Positions 18,177 to 30,245 are shown, numbered from the stretch's first letter. The stretch: DNA of 32,000 bases from Prochlorococcus marinus subsp. pastoris str. CCMP1986 (GCF_000011465.1 NC_005072.1:1500001-1532000); one strand, 5' to 3'. Made by a program: numbers and translations. The notes: generated by a model from the letters alone, not told the origin.

Positions 18177-19220
18177 TTAAATTATTATTTCAGGCAAAAA
18201 ATTATTCTCTTTTGAATTATTTTTCTTGAGAACCTTTCCTAGGACCCAACTTGATATATCAAAAGCATTACAAATATTTAAGATCTTATCCTTATATTTC
18301 TTATCAATTATTAAACAAAATCCCACCCCAAGATTAAAAGTGTTCCAGAAATCTTTTTCAGGAATCTGACCTACATCCTTTAAAAATTCAAATAAAACAG
18401 GAATCTTCCATGATTTCTTATCTATGTAAGGAATAAAATCAGAAGACATACACCTTGGTAAATTTTCAGGAATTCCTCCTCCAGTGATATGCGACATTCC
18501 CTTTATTTGAATATTTTGAGATAAAATTTGATTTACAATTTTAAAATAAATTTTTGTAGGTTTTAATAATTCATCATAAAAATCTAAGTTATATTTTTTT
18601 TCAAATTGCTTATCAATTTGATTATTATTTTCAATTATTTTTCTAACTAAACTAAATCCATTACTATGCATTCCGTTACTTTGTAATGCAATTATCAAAT
18701 CATTTTCACATATTTTTTTGCCATTAATTAATTTTTCTTCGTCAGCTATTCCAACGCAAAATCCTGCCAAATCATACTTATTCTTTGAGTAAAATCCTGG
18801 CATCTCCGCGGTTTCTCCTCCAAGTATAGAGCATTTATTTTCTCGACAACTATGCGCAATACCATTAATAACTTCTAATAATTGATTTTTTTCAAGCTTG
18901 CCTGTAGCAATATAATCAAGAAAAAAAAGCGGCTTTGCTCCAGTTGTAATAATGTCGTTCATACACATTGCTACTAAATCAATCCCAACTTCAAAGTGAA
19001 AGTTTTTGATTTGAGCTAATTCCAATTTCGTGCCAACACCATCAGTTCCTGATACTAAGACGGGTTTCTTTAAACCCTCAAGAGGAATTTTAAATAAACC
19101 TCCAAATCCTCCAATCCCCTCCAAAACATTAGATGAATATGTTGATTCGACAGATTGCTTTATTTCTGATACAAATTCTCTTCCAGCTTTTATGTCAACT
19201 CCTGATGTTTTGTAATCCAT
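18177..19220 (-). CDS. purM: Phosphoribosylformylglycinamidine cyclo-ligase
   Basis: 347 aa; MDYKTSGVDI, VLVSGTDGVGTKLELA, GIDLVAMCMNDIITTGAKPLFFLDYIATGK, LGGETAEMPGFY, HITGGGIPENLPR. Confidence 0.97.
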   Translation of the reverse strand: MDYKTSGVDIKAGREFVSEIKQSVESTYSSNVLEGIGGFGGLFKIPLEGLKKPVLVSGTDGVGTKLELAQIKNFHFEVGIDLVAMCMNDIITTGAKPLFFLDYIATGKLEKNQLLEVINGIAHSCRENKCSILGGETAEMPGFYSKNKYDLAGFCVGIADEEKLINGKKICENDLIIALQSNGMHSNGFSLVRKIIENNNQIDKQFEKKYNLDFYDELLKPTKIYFKIVNQILSQNIQIKGMSHITGGGIPENLPRCMSSDFIPYIDKKSWKIPVLFEFLKDVGQIPEKDFWNTFNLGVGFCLIIDKKYKDKILNICNAFDISSWVLGKVLKKNNSKENNFLPEIII

Positions 19221-19317
19221 GAAATAAAAATGATAGAATCCCCTTATATAGATATTCCTCCGTAGATTGCTTTTGTCCAGTAATTATTTATTAAATAGAT
19301 TTATTTTTTAAAACAAA

Positions 19318-20850
19318 GTGAACAAAATAATAATAAGAAAAACAGAGGATCTTAAAGAATGGAGACGAAATCTCAAATGTGATATTAACTTTATCCCAAC
19401 TATGGGAAATCTTCATGATGGTCATCAAAAATTAATATCAACTGCACAAAGTTCAAATTGCAATACAAACTTATTAAGTATTTTTGTTAATCCACTTCAA
19501 TTTGATAGCAAAGAAGACCTTAAAAGCTACCCCAAAACTGTTGATAAAGATATTGAAATTGCTTTTTCCAATGGGGCAGATGCAATTTTTATTCCAAATG
19601 TAACTGATATCTATCCAAAAAAGAATAAAAGCATAAGTTATTTGAAAGCCTCTAAAGAATTATCTTCAGCTTTATGTGGGCTTACAAGAGTGGGGCATTT
19701 TGATGGGGTTTGCACTGTTGTTTATAGATTACTGAAACTCATACAACCCAAAAATCTTTTTTTAGGAGAAAAAGACTGGCAACAACTATTAATCATAAAA
19801 AACCTTATAGAAGAAAAAAAATTCAACATCAAAATTATCCCTGTTCCTACTCAAAGAGATTCTGATGGGGTCCCATTTAGTTCGCGTAATAAGCATTTAT
19901 CTAAAAGTGAAAGAAAAAGTCTTAAATTATTCTCAAATGAACTAGAAAATGCAAAAATAATTTTTAAAAAGGATAAAAGAATTGACTTAAAACAACTAAC
20001 AAACAAACTCAAATCAAAAAATATTTCAATTGAATATTTAGAACATTTACATCCCTACAGCTTGAAAAAAGTTCAATCAAACGATAATATTTCAATTTTA
20101 GCAGGTGCGATAAAATGTGGGAAAACAAGACTAATTGATCACGTTTTTCTTATGAAAAGAAAGCCAATTATTGCAATTGATGGGCCAGCTGGTTCAGGGA
20201 AAAGTACCATAACAAAGTTAATTGCCAAGGAGTTAAATCTTTTATATCTAGATACTGGAGCAATGTATAGAGCAATAAGTTGGCTCTTTAAAAAAGAAAA
20301 GATTGATTATGCTAAAGAGTCAGAATTAAAAAAAATTCTTAATAATATTTCTATTATTTTTAAGTCAAATTCTATTTCTCAGCAAGATGTATTTATAAAT
20401 AATTTTTGTGTAACTGAAGAAATTCGTTCACAAGAAATAAGTTCTATTGTATCTAAAATTTCATCAATAAAAAAAGTGAGAGAATTTTTAGTTTATGAGC
20501 AAAGAAAAATTGGCCAATCTGGAGGATTGGTGGCTGAAGGGAGAGACATAGGAACAACAGTTTTTCCAAATGCAGAACTTAAAATATTCCTAACAGCTAG
20601 CATTGACGAAAGAGCTAAAAGAAGAAAGTCAGAGTTAGATTTAAGAGGGACTGAAGAAATAGACTTCAATCAATTAAGAGAACTTATAAGAAAAAGAGAT
20701 TTTGAGGATTCAACAAGAAAAATTTCTCCTCTCAAAAAAGCAAACGATGCAATTGAACTTCTTACTGACGGATATTCAATTAATGAAGTAGTAGAAAAAA
20801 TTGTTAACATCTACAATTTAAACATTCCCAAAGAAATTCAACTCGAATAA
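19318..20850 (+). CDS. panC-cmk: Bifunctional pantoate--beta-alanine ligase / cytidylate kinase
   Basis: 510 aa; N half IPTMGNLHDGHQKLI, SIFVNPLQF, GLTRVGHFDGVCTVV, FLGEKDWQQL; C half AIDGPAGSGKSTITKLIAKEL, YLDTGAMYRA, GRDIGTTVFPNAELKIFLTAS. Confidence 0.97.
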   Translation: MNKIIIRKTEDLKEWRRNLKCDINFIPTMGNLHDGHQKLISTAQSSNCNTNLLSIFVNPLQFDSKEDLKSYPKTVDKDIEIAFSNGADAIFIPNVTDIYPKKNKSISYLKASKELSSALCGLTRVGHFDGVCTVVYRLLKLIQPKNLFLGEKDWQQLLIIKNLIEEKKFNIKIIPVPTQRDSDGVPFSSRNKHLSKSERKSLKLFSNELENAKIIFKKDKRIDLKQLTNKLKSKNISIEYLEHLHPYSLKKVQSNDNISILAGAIKCGKTRLIDHVFLMKRKPIIAIDGPAGSGKSTITKLIAKELNLLYLDTGAMYRAISWLFKKEKIDYAKESELKKILNNISIIFKSNSISQQDVFINNFCVTEEIRSQEISSIVSKISSIKKVREFLVYEQRKIGQSGGLVAEGRDIGTTVFPNAELKIFLTASIDERAKRRKSELDLRGTEEIDFNQLRELIRKRDFEDSTRKISPLKKANDAIELLTDGYSINEVVEKIVNIYNLNIPKEIQLE

Positions 20851-20851
20851 A

Positions 20852-21325
20852 TTAATAAATAGTATCTAGAAAACCACTGACAGAGTCTTCTAAAATATCA
20901 AGGACATTATCAAATCCCTCATCTCCTCCAAAGTAAGGATCAGGGACTTCTATTTCGTGAAAAACTGATCTGAAATTTTGTATCTTTTTTATTGATGCAA
21001 AATCAGATAATGATTTTCGAGATTTCATATCAATAATATTTTCATAATTTGAATCATCCATAGCAACTATATAGTTAAATTTTTCAAAATCATTAGAATT
21101 TATTTGTCTAGCTCTACTAAAGATTTCTACGCCCCTTTTTCGTGATGCTATTCTCATTCTAGTATCAGCCTTCTTCCCTATATGCCAACTACCAGTCCCT
21201 GCAGAATCAACAATAAAACTATCATTTAATCCTTTTTTATTAATTAAATCTAGGAATATTGCTTCGGCAGCAGGAGACCTACAAATATTACCTAAACATA
21301 CAAAAAGAACTGTTTGTTTTTTCAT
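20852..21325 (-). CDS. Low-molecular-weight protein-tyrosine-phosphatase
   Basis: 157 aa; VLFVCLGNICRSPAAEAIF (CX5R) and EVPDPYFGG general-acid motif. Confidence 0.93.
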   Translation of the reverse strand: MKKQTVLFVCLGNICRSPAAEAIFLDLINKKGLNDSFIVDSAGTGSWHIGKKADTRMRIASRKRGVEIFSRARQINSNDFEKFNYIVAMDDSNYENIIDMKSRKSLSDFASIKKIQNFRSVFHEIEVPDPYFGGDEGFDNVLDILEDSVSGFLDTIY

Positions 21326-21346
21326 CTAATCTAAAATATCAAAAAA

Positions 21347-22120
21347 TTATAAAACTTTATTAGTAGAAAATAATACTTTATTAATTAAGGATTCTGTAAA
21401 ATCTTTACCAAATAAACTTGATAACATTGGCCTTGCTGGGTCATTATCCCTTCTATAGTTCAAATAATCATTTTGACCATTAATTAACTCTTGTTGTAAG
21501 CCGTGGCCAACTTCCTCACTTTCAAAAAGAGTTTTTAGATACAAATTTAAATATTCTTTGAATGAATCATAAAGCTGATTTTCTATCAAATTATCACTAT
21601 CTTGATGCTTTGCTAATCTAGACCAAATCAATCCTGGGGAAAAAAATTTTGCTACATCTTCAGACATTTTTTCAGCTACAGGTAGAGATGAATGACATGA
21701 TTTTTTAAGTTTTATTATTTGTTCTAGTAATTCAGAATTAAACTGATTTTCGACTTTTAAAGATGGCTGAAAATCTAAAACTAATAAATGACTAGTAGGT
21801 AAAGAAACAAAATCTACGCCTAGGAATGGAATGTTATAGGAAGTTTTTGGGATAATTAAAAAATTCAAAACAGAATAATTTGGACTATTTATACATACAG
21901 CTCTTGCGAAGTTAATCCTTTTTTGATGAGTTGCTCCCCATGTGAAAAGATTAATATTCTTTTTTGATTTTTTTGAACCATAGCTTGACTCTTTGTAAGA
22001 AAAATCAGAAGCTATTTTATGTTCGACGCAATGATAGTTGTCTAACTGAGAAATTAAGAATTTTATAAATTTAGCCCATCGCCATTCTTGGCTATAAAAA
22101 ATAGTATTTTGAATTAACAT
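21347..22120 (-). CDS. pebB: Phycoerythrobilin:ferredoxin oxidoreductase
   Basis: 257 aa ferredoxin-dependent bilin reductase, third gene behind heme oxygenase and a second bilin reductase; [49 protein letters not shown]. Confidence 0.9.
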   Translation of the reverse strand: MLIQNTIFYSQEWRWAKFIKFLISQLDNYHCVEHKIASDFSYKESSYGSKKSKKNINLFTWGATHQKRINFARAVCINSPNYSVLNFLIIPKTSYNIPFLGVDFVSLPTSHLLVLDFQPSLKVENQFNSELLEQIIKLKKSCHSSLPVAEKMSEDVAKFFSPGLIWSRLAKHQDSDNLIENQLYDSFKEYLNLYLKTLFESEEVGHGLQQELINGQNDYLNYRRDNDPARPMLSSLFGKDFTESLINKVLFSTNKVL

Positions 22121-23547
<1,427 letters not shown>

Positions 23548-23604
23548 TTATCTTTTTTCGGAATTGTACATATATTTAATCTACAAGGAAAATATATAAA
23601 ACAG

Positions 23605-24069
23605 CTAATTATTGTTACTAGTGGATGTTGTAGAGAATAAATTGTAAAGTTCTTTACAAACTAAAAAAAGATTATCCTTTTGTTCCTGCTGAGGTAAATG
23701 TGTCCCCGTCATCTCCCACTCCCCAATAGTAGCTACTCTCCATCTTTCAGCAGGAATTATCATTCCGCGCATTATTATTCCTAACAACTTAGGTACTCCA
23801 TTTTCACAATTATTTTCAATTCTCAACTGAAGTAAAACTGCTCTACATTCTATACTTGGACTCCAACCTGGAAAATGGAAAGAAAAATCAAGGGTATCAA
23901 ACCAATCTCTATCATTTGTTTTATCCCAAGGACTAAAATTAACACTGGCATCTGGGAAATATTTACGAAACAATGCTGCTGTAGTAGCTACCTTATTAGC
24001 TATTTCAAGATTGCTAACATTTGAACTTGCATTCATAAGCGGTAATAAACCTTTGATTGAAGTTGACAT
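23605..24069 (-). CDS. Conserved hypothetical protein (154 aa)
   Basis: Complete ORF upstream of ho1 on the same strand; distinctive WFDTLDFSFHFPGWSPSIECRAVLLQLRI. Confidence 0.7.
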   Translation of the reverse strand: MSTSIKGLLPLMNASSNVSNLEIANKVATTAALFRKYFPDASVNFSPWDKTNDRDWFDTLDFSFHFPGWSPSIECRAVLLQLRIENNCENGVPKLLGIIMRGMIIPAERWRVATIGEWEMTGTHLPQQEQKDNLFLVCKELYNLFSTTSTSNNN

Positions 24070-24254
24070 AATTTCTTCAACCTTGCTTATTAAATTCTTT
24101 TTCTTTTAACAAAGATGTTGAAATGCTGATTAACAACCTATTATCTATTCACATTTAAATAATTAATTTCTAGTTTTTAAAGAATATCCTTAATTTCAAT
24201 TTAAGATACAAAAATATTTTATTAATTGACTTTTTTACTATTCAATCAAGTGCT

Positions 24255-25679
24255 ATGCCTAAATTTGAAAAATTAAATTTACCAAAAGAAGGAGAGTTAA
24301 TTACTTTTAATCAAGGTAAGCCTAATGTTCCTAATAATCCTATTGTCCCTTATATAAGAGGTGACGGTACTGGGGTAGATATTTGGCCAGCTACTCAACT
24401 TGTTCTTGATGAAGCAATAAAAAAAAGTTATGGAGATGAGAGAAAAATAAATTGGTTCAAAGTCTATGCTGGTGACGAAGCTTGTGAAATATACGGAACT
24501 TACAACTATTTACCACAGGATACTATTGAAGCAATAAGACACTTTGGAGTTGCAATTAAAGGCCCATTAACAACTCCTATAGGAGGGGGAATTAGATCTT
24601 TAAATGTCGCTTTAAGACAAATTTTTGACTTATATAGCTGCGTTAGACCTTGTAAATACTATTCAGGGACTCCTAGCCCTCATAAAAATCCACAAAATTT
24701 AGACGTAATTGTTTATAGAGAAAATACAGAAGATATTTATATGGGTATTGAATGGGAAGCCGATGATCATACATGCATTGATTTAATTAATCATCTAAAT
24801 AATGTTGTCATTCCAAATAGCAAAAATTTAAAAAATAGATCAATACCGGACGGTTCAGGTATTGGGATAAAACCCGTAAGTAAGTTAGGAAGTCAAAGGC
24901 ATATAAGAAAGGCCATAGAACATGCAAAAAGATTATCAGGAAATAAAAAGCATGTAACTCTTGTTCATAAAGGAAATATCATGAAATATACAGAAGGTGC
25001 ATTTAGAGATTGGGGATATGAATTAGCAGTAAATGAATTCAGAGCAGACTGCATTACGGAAAGAGAAAGCTGGATTTTAGACAATATTCACAAAAATCCA
25101 GAAATTACAATCGAAAATAATGCCAGAAAGATAGAGCCAGGCTATGACAAGCTAACAAGTAATAAAAAAGCATTTATTTGCGAAGAAATAAAAGAAGTAA
25201 TAGCCTCAATATCAAATTCTCATGGAAATAATAAATGGGAAGAACTCATTATGGTTGATGATCGAATTGCTGACAGTATTTTCCAACAAATTCAAACAAG
25301 GCCTCAAGAATATTCTATTCTTGCGACCTTGAACTTAAACGGAGATTATGTTTCTGATGCTGCTGCTGCAATTGTGGGAGGCCTAGGTATGGCTCCCGGA
25401 GCTAATATTGGAGATAATTCCGCAATTTTTGAAGCAACGCATGGAACAGCTCCAAAACATGCAGGATTAAACAAAATTAATCCGGGTTCGGTAATTCTTA
25501 GTGGAGTAATGATGCTTGAATATTTTGGTTGGAATGAAGCAGCGAAGCTGGTGACTTCTGGAATTAGTAAAGCTATTGAAGAAAAAAAAGTCACCTATGA
25601 TCTAGCACGCTTAATGGAACCAAAGGTAGCACCACTATCCTGTAGTGGTTTTGCTGAAGCAATTATCTCAAATTTTTAA
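24255..25679 (+). CDS. icd: Isocitrate dehydrogenase (NADP+)
   Basis: 474 aa; PYIRGDGTGVDIWPATQLVLDEA, GPLTTPIGGGIRSLNVALRQIFDLYSCVRPCKYY, VHKGNIMKYTEGAFRDW, APGANIGDNSAIFEATHGTAPKHAG. Confidence 0.97.
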   Translation: MPKFEKLNLPKEGELITFNQGKPNVPNNPIVPYIRGDGTGVDIWPATQLVLDEAIKKSYGDERKINWFKVYAGDEACEIYGTYNYLPQDTIEAIRHFGVAIKGPLTTPIGGGIRSLNVALRQIFDLYSCVRPCKYYSGTPSPHKNPQNLDVIVYRENTEDIYMGIEWEADDHTCIDLINHLNNVVIPNSKNLKNRSIPDGSGIGIKPVSKLGSQRHIRKAIEHAKRLSGNKKHVTLVHKGNIMKYTEGAFRDWGYELAVNEFRADCITERESWILDNIHKNPEITIENNARKIEPGYDKLTSNKKAFICEEIKEVIASISNSHGNNKWEELIMVDDRIADSIFQQIQTRPQEYSILATLNLNGDYVSDAAAAIVGGLGMAPGANIGDNSAIFEATHGTAPKHAGLNKINPGSVILSGVMMLEYFGWNEAAKLVTSGISKAIEEKKVTYDLARLMEPKVAPLSCSGFAEAIISNF

Positions 25680-27034
25680 TTGGAAGAATTGTTTTTATTT
25701 TCTAAAATTCTCCATACTTTTACCAATGAATCTTGGTTACCAATATTTCCAGGAAATGTCACGATTGGAAGATTCTCATCATTTTCAAGTTTAAAAGTAA
25801 CTAAAGAAACCCCAGTAATTATTTGTCCTTGCAAATAAACATAATTTGCTTTAAATCCATTACTGAGAATTACATTTGACGTGATTCCCCCCTTAGATAC
25901 TAAATACCCTATTTCATTTTTCAAATCTGAAACTAATTCAGAAATAAAATGAGCAAGAGAATTATTAAAATTTACTTGCTCATCGTTCCTAGCTAGAGAA
26001 ACTTCTTTTCTTGAGGTAAATAAAACGGGAGTATTTTCTTGCTTTAATATAGATCTGATTTGCGCTAGTAATTTGTTTTTAAACACCTCCAATTGATCCT
26101 GATTACTTTTTAATTTAGAAATTTTGAGAAATTCAAAAACATCCAATTCTATTGGTATACAATCACTTATTTCTAAGAATTCCTTTAATTGCATTGTTGT
26201 AAGTTCTATATAAGATCCAATTACTAAAAATCCTGGAAGAAATTTTTTTTCACGATTTTTTCTTCTTATAAGGGAGTAAAAAAATGGTTCTTTAGGATTA
26301 TCTTTTACAGCAGATATTGAACTTATAAAACTTGCAGCGGTCCTAAAGAGAAATTTCTTTTGTTTACTTAGTTTTTTTATTGATAATGAAAACTTTTGAA
26401 GTTGTGAATAATTCTCAATATCAACAATTACATGAGAATTTTCTTTTAAATTTCTGATCTTATTAAAAACAATATTTTTTTCTTTACTTTCAAGAACTTT
26501 TAATTCGGATATTTTTAAATTTTGAATATCATTAAATTTAATTTGAGATTTACATTTCTGAAATAATAATTGTTTGACATTACTTGTTTTGTATCCAAAA
26601 ATTTTATCTTTGGCAAAAATCGTTTGACTTACTGGAACATTATCAACAAAATGCTCTCCATCAATTGTCTTTCTTTTACCTTCAATAAATGCTGGAATAT
26701 GGAAGGTAGCATCAAAAGGTCCTAGACAATCGTTCATAATTTTAGGCTCTAAAAAATTATGACCACGAAGGGTGGAATCACCTCTACTTACAAAAATAAA
26801 TTCCTCTTTATATGATTCCTTTGAGATAACTTTTTTTAGGGCATTACAAATTTCTACTAATCTTAATTTTGCGTCGTTTTCTGATAAAGACCTAGTATTA
26901 GCCAAAATGAAAAATAAATTAGATTTGCTTTGAAATCCTTTGATTAAAGTAGAATAATCCCATTTCAGAAGCAATAAACAATTATTTACTGTTTGAGAAC
27001 CTGTTGGATCATCATCAATCACTATAACTTTCAT
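25676..27034 (-). CDS. Four-carbon acid sugar kinase family protein (DUF1537-like)
   Basis: 452 aa; N-terminal IDDDPTGSQTVNN, FVSRGDSTLRGH, C-terminal LVSKGGITSNVIL...GQIITGVSLVTF...LPIVTFPGNIGNQDSL. Confidence 0.82.
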   Translation of the reverse strand: MKVIVIDDDPTGSQTVNNCLLLLKWDYSTLIKGFQSKSNLFFILANTRSLSENDAKLRLVEICNALKKVISKESYKEEFIFVSRGDSTLRGHNFLEPKIMNDCLGPFDATFHIPAFIEGKRKTIDGEHFVDNVPVSQTIFAKDKIFGYKTSNVKQLLFQKCKSQIKFNDIQNLKISELKVLESKEKNIVFNKIRNLKENSHVIVDIENYSQLQKFSLSIKKLSKQKKFLFRTAASFISSISAVKDNPKEPFFYSLIRRKNREKKFLPGFLVIGSYIELTTMQLKEFLEISDCIPIELDVFEFLKISKLKSNQDQLEVFKNKLLAQIRSILKQENTPVLFTSRKEVSLARNDEQVNFNNSLAHFISELVSDLKNEIGYLVSKGGITSNVILSNGFKANYVYLQGQIITGVSLVTFKLENDENLPIVTFPGNIGNQDSLVKVWRILENKNNSSN

Positions 27035-27046
27035 AATTATCAGTAG

Positions 27047-27934
27047 TTACTTCAAAGTATTTATTAGTATTGAGGCATCTAGTATTTGGGAGGAATTTGG
27101 AGGAATCGAAATTTTCCTTAATCCATTAACTAAAGAATTGCGTGGACTAGTCCATGGCTCAAGACATACCATTTTCCTTGGAGGATCACTCCAAATCACA
27201 CCCAAATCAAAAGGCGTAGGATGTATTAAAGTAACTTGTCTTTTAAAAAAATTATCTCGGAAAGAACTTCTTCCTGAGGTATACATAAGTAAATCAATTC
27301 CATTATTAATATTTTTTAACTCGTCAAAAGTATTTCTCAACAAATTATTTTTTTGATCCTGACAATTTAGCGGGTTATCTATAAAATTTAAGTTTTTAAA
27401 ATCTGAAATATTAAAATAAGGATGCAATCCAAAATTTATTGGCATCTCAATATTAGTTTTATTCTTAATGTTAATAATAAATTTTAAGCAATTAATGTTT
27501 AAAGAAACCTCAATTTTGAGCTCAAAATTAAATGGATAAAAAGTTTTTGTTTTTTCAGTATCTTGTAAAATCAAACAAAGAGAATTTTTTTGCTCATTTA
27601 GGCAGTGTTGCCATTGTAAATTCCTTGCAAAACCATGTTGCATAAATGGCATATAATTTTTCCCAAATAAAGAATTTGGGATATCAAGATTTCCACAAAT
27701 CGGAAACAGAATTGGGATTCCTCCTCTGATACTTTTTGTTTTATCAATAAATCTTTTTTGATCAAAATATAATATTTCTTTTCCTTCAGAAACCCAGTTG
27801 GTTATAAGCCCTCCTCTCTTTGGACAAAATTTAATATAATTTTTTTCGTCTAATTGAAAAACATAAATACCTTTTTTATTATCAACGGAATTAACTTTCA
27901 CAAAAATTTCTCTACAAAGAATCAATCCAGTCAA
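27047..27934 (-). CDS. Aldose 1-epimerase-like protein
   Basis: 295 aa; FCPKRGGLITNW, SIRGGIPILFPICGNL, FMQHGFARNLQW, PINFGLHPYFNI, VCLEPWTSPRNSLVNG. Confidence 0.87.
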   Translation of the reverse strand: MTGLILCREIFVKVNSVDNKKGIYVFQLDEKNYIKFCPKRGGLITNWVSEGKEILYFDQKRFIDKTKSIRGGIPILFPICGNLDIPNSLFGKNYMPFMQHGFARNLQWQHCLNEQKNSLCLILQDTEKTKTFYPFNFELKIEVSLNINCLKFIINIKNKTNIEMPINFGLHPYFNISDFKNLNFIDNPLNCQDQKNNLLRNTFDELKNINNGIDLLMYTSGRSSFRDNFFKRQVTLIHPTPFDLGVIWSDPPRKMVCLEPWTSPRNSLVNGLRKISIPPNSSQILDASILINTLK

Positions 27935-28817
27935 GTATATGTTGATTAACTAATTCGGGGACTTCATCATGGGGGCAATGGCCAGCATCAAGAATTACTT
28001 CTTTAGTATTTTCAGGAGCATATTTTTTATAAAGAAGTCTTTTGCTTCCTGTGTTCATCCAAGGATCTTTACCTCCCCATAGGAGTAAAAGTGGAGATTT
28101 CAACTTTTTGAATAATTTATCAAATGGTTCTCCTTGGACACCTGCAGGATTGAAAACACTTTTAAAAACGTTAAAGGCACCTGGATCCAGTGAAGGTTTT
28201 CTTATTGAATCAATAAGATAATCATCAACATTAGTTTGGTTTTTATAAACATTGTTTAATGCTTTTTTTATATTGACTCTTCGTCTCATGCTTTCAAATA
28301 TAGTTCTTTGAAGAAAAATATTGCCTCGCAAAAATGTTTCAAAAAAAGTTTTTAAAGATTTTTGTAAAAGGCTGTTATTTGATACTTTTTCTTCACTAAA
28401 CATTCCAGCAGCGTTAAGTAACACTACTCCAGCAGATAATTCTTTTAGTTCTGCACTTGCTGCTAGAGATGCATAGCCACCTAAAGAATTCCCAACAATA
28501 AATGTTGGTTTTTTAATTACTTCTTTCACATATGTTGCAACTTGATCTTTCCAAAGATGACTTGAATACTGGACATCTGTTGGCTTGGGACTTTTTCCAA
28601 ACCCCAAAAGATCTATTGCATGAACTTCATATTTATCACTCAAAACAGGGATATTAAAACGCCAATGATCAGTAGAAGCTCCAAAACCATGTATCAACAA
28701 AATTGCACATGATTTTGGATTTTCTTCTTTGGGTTTTACAGTAATAGTATGTATTGGATAGTTCAAAAAATTCCATGCATAATTTACCTCATCACTTATT
28801 AACACTGGTTTTTCCAT
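27912..28817 (-). CDS. Alpha/beta hydrolase fold protein
   Basis: 301 aa; ILLIHGFGASTDHWR, FIVGNSLGGYASLA nucleophile elbow, LLLWGGKDPWM, DAGHCPHDEVP. Confidence 0.93.
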   Translation of the reverse strand: MEKPVLISDEVNYAWNFLNYPIHTITVKPKEENPKSCAILLIHGFGASTDHWRFNIPVLSDKYEVHAIDLLGFGKSPKPTDVQYSSHLWKDQVATYVKEVIKKPTFIVGNSLGGYASLAASAELKELSAGVVLLNAAGMFSEEKVSNNSLLQKSLKTFFETFLRGNIFLQRTIFESMRRRVNIKKALNNVYKNQTNVDDYLIDSIRKPSLDPGAFNVFKSVFNPAGVQGEPFDKLFKKLKSPLLLLWGGKDPWMNTGSKRLLYKKYAPENTKEVILDAGHCPHDEVPELVNQHILDWIDSL

Positions 28818-28859
28818 TTAATTAAAAATTATATCTATCAATTCTAATAAAATTATTCG

Positions 28860-30227
28860 TTAAAGAAGACCTACTGGATCAGCCGCAACATCATCTGAAA
28901 TTTTATTATCACCACCAGGGGGCTTATCTTTCAAAACAATTCTTAAGAGAACAGGAGCGAGGAATGTCGTTCCAATGACCATTAATAAAATTGCTGCCTC
29001 AAGGGATGGAGTTAAAAGCTTAGCGCTTGTTCCTAATCCAAGAAAAATTAATCCCACTTCTCCTCTAGGCATCATTCCTAAACCTACAACTAATCTATTT
29101 GTAGGCTTATCGCTTGAGAAAACCCATCCAGCAGCAATTTTTCCAATAATTGCCACAACTAATAAAAATCCTGCTACCACAAGAGCAGACCTACTTGCTG
29201 GATCAAGTGGATTAATAACTGATAAATCCATACCAGCCCCTACCAATACGAAAAAGATAGTCGCGAATAATGAAACCAATGGCAAAACTGATTGCTGGAT
29301 AGCATGGTTATTTTTAGAACTACTAAGAATTAAACCCGCTGCAAAAGCACCTAAAGCTGCTTCAAGACCTATCGCTGTAGCGACAAAACAACATAAAACA
29401 AGTATCACAAAGGAGGCTACAACTACTGCTCCAGGTGCTTTCAATCTATCAAGAAGCCAATCAAAGCCAGGCGCTGCTGTACGACTTAATGCAATAGCAG
29501 CAATTACAAATACAACAGCTGCTGCGACTAATTTAACTATTGGGGCTATTTCTAAGGAACCTCCAGCAGCAAGAGCTACAACTACCGCAAGAATAACAAT
29601 GCCTAAAATGTCGTCTAAAACTGCTGCTCCAATAACGATTTGACCTTCCCTAGTTTTTAAATATCCTAATTCACCAAAAACACTTGCTGTAATACCAATA
29701 CTTGTAGCCGTCATTGATGCTCCTGCAAATACTGCTGGAATAAGATCAACTTGGAAAATAAACATTAATCCAAAAGTACCAAAAGCAAAAGGCAAAATTA
29801 CCCCTGCCATAGCAACTGTAAAAGCTTGCGCACCGACAGCAACTAATTCCTCTAATTCACTTTCTAATCCTGTTAAGAAAAGAAGAGCGTATAATCCAAG
29901 TGTTGCTACAGCTTGAAGAGAAGGAAAACTCTCAAAATAGACATCAGGAACAACTTCTGGAGGTATTGATGCCAACGAACTTATTACGTTTACCAATCCT
30001 TGATTTAATTCTGTATGAGCAGAGGGTGGTATTAATAAATGGAAACCAGATGCTCCTATAACAACTCCTGCTAATAGCTCTCCAACAATTGTAGGTAAAC
30101 TTAGTCTGACTAATACTTCCGCTAATGCTCTAGCAGCTAAAAATATCAATAGAAATCTAATTACTCCGATGAGCGTCTCAGCAACTTCTAAATCATGTGC
30201 ACTTAATTCAGCAACTAAAGGATACAT
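28860..30227 (-). CDS. Na+/H+ antiporter, CPA2/NapA (NhaS3-like) family
   Basis: 455 aa multi-TM; LPTIVGELLAGVVIG, LFLTGLESELEEL, ASMTATSIGITASVFGELG, GAAVLDDILGIVILAVV, GLGMMPRGEVGLIF. Confidence 0.93.
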   Translation of the reverse strand: MYPLVAELSAHDLEVAETLIGVIRFLLIFLAARALAEVLVRLSLPTIVGELLAGVVIGASGFHLLIPPSAHTELNQGLVNVISSLASIPPEVVPDVYFESFPSLQAVATLGLYALLFLTGLESELEELVAVGAQAFTVAMAGVILPFAFGTFGLMFIFQVDLIPAVFAGASMTATSIGITASVFGELGYLKTREGQIVIGAAVLDDILGIVILAVVVALAAGGSLEIAPIVKLVAAAVVFVIAAIALSRTAAPGFDWLLDRLKAPGAVVVASFVILVLCCFVATAIGLEAALGAFAAGLILSSSKNNHAIQQSVLPLVSLFATIFFVLVGAGMDLSVINPLDPASRSALVVAGFLLVVAIIGKIAAGWVFSSDKPTNRLVVGLGMMPRGEVGLIFLGLGTSAKLLTPSLEAAILLMVIGTTFLAPVLLRIVLKDKPPGGDNKISDDVAADPVGLL

Positions 30228-30245
30228 TTTAAATGCGAGAAAAAT

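Noticed and set aside
19030-19215. 61-aa ORF antisense to purM
   Set aside because: Mirror of the conserved purM N-terminus.
19318-20850. panC-cmk fusion as a novel architecture
   Set aside because: This bifunctional arrangement is already known in cyanobacteria.
25346-25594. 82-aa ORF antisense to icd
   Set aside because: Lies inside a highly conserved coding region on the other strand; a shadow ORF.
27138-27356. 72-aa ORF antisense to the aldose 1-epimerase-like gene
   Set aside because: Shadow ORF within a recognised coding frame.
28975-29643. 222-aa ORF antisense to the antiporter gene
   Set aside because: Thr/Ala/Lys-rich shadow ORF, as expected opposite an Ala-rich membrane protein in strong coding frame; no motif.
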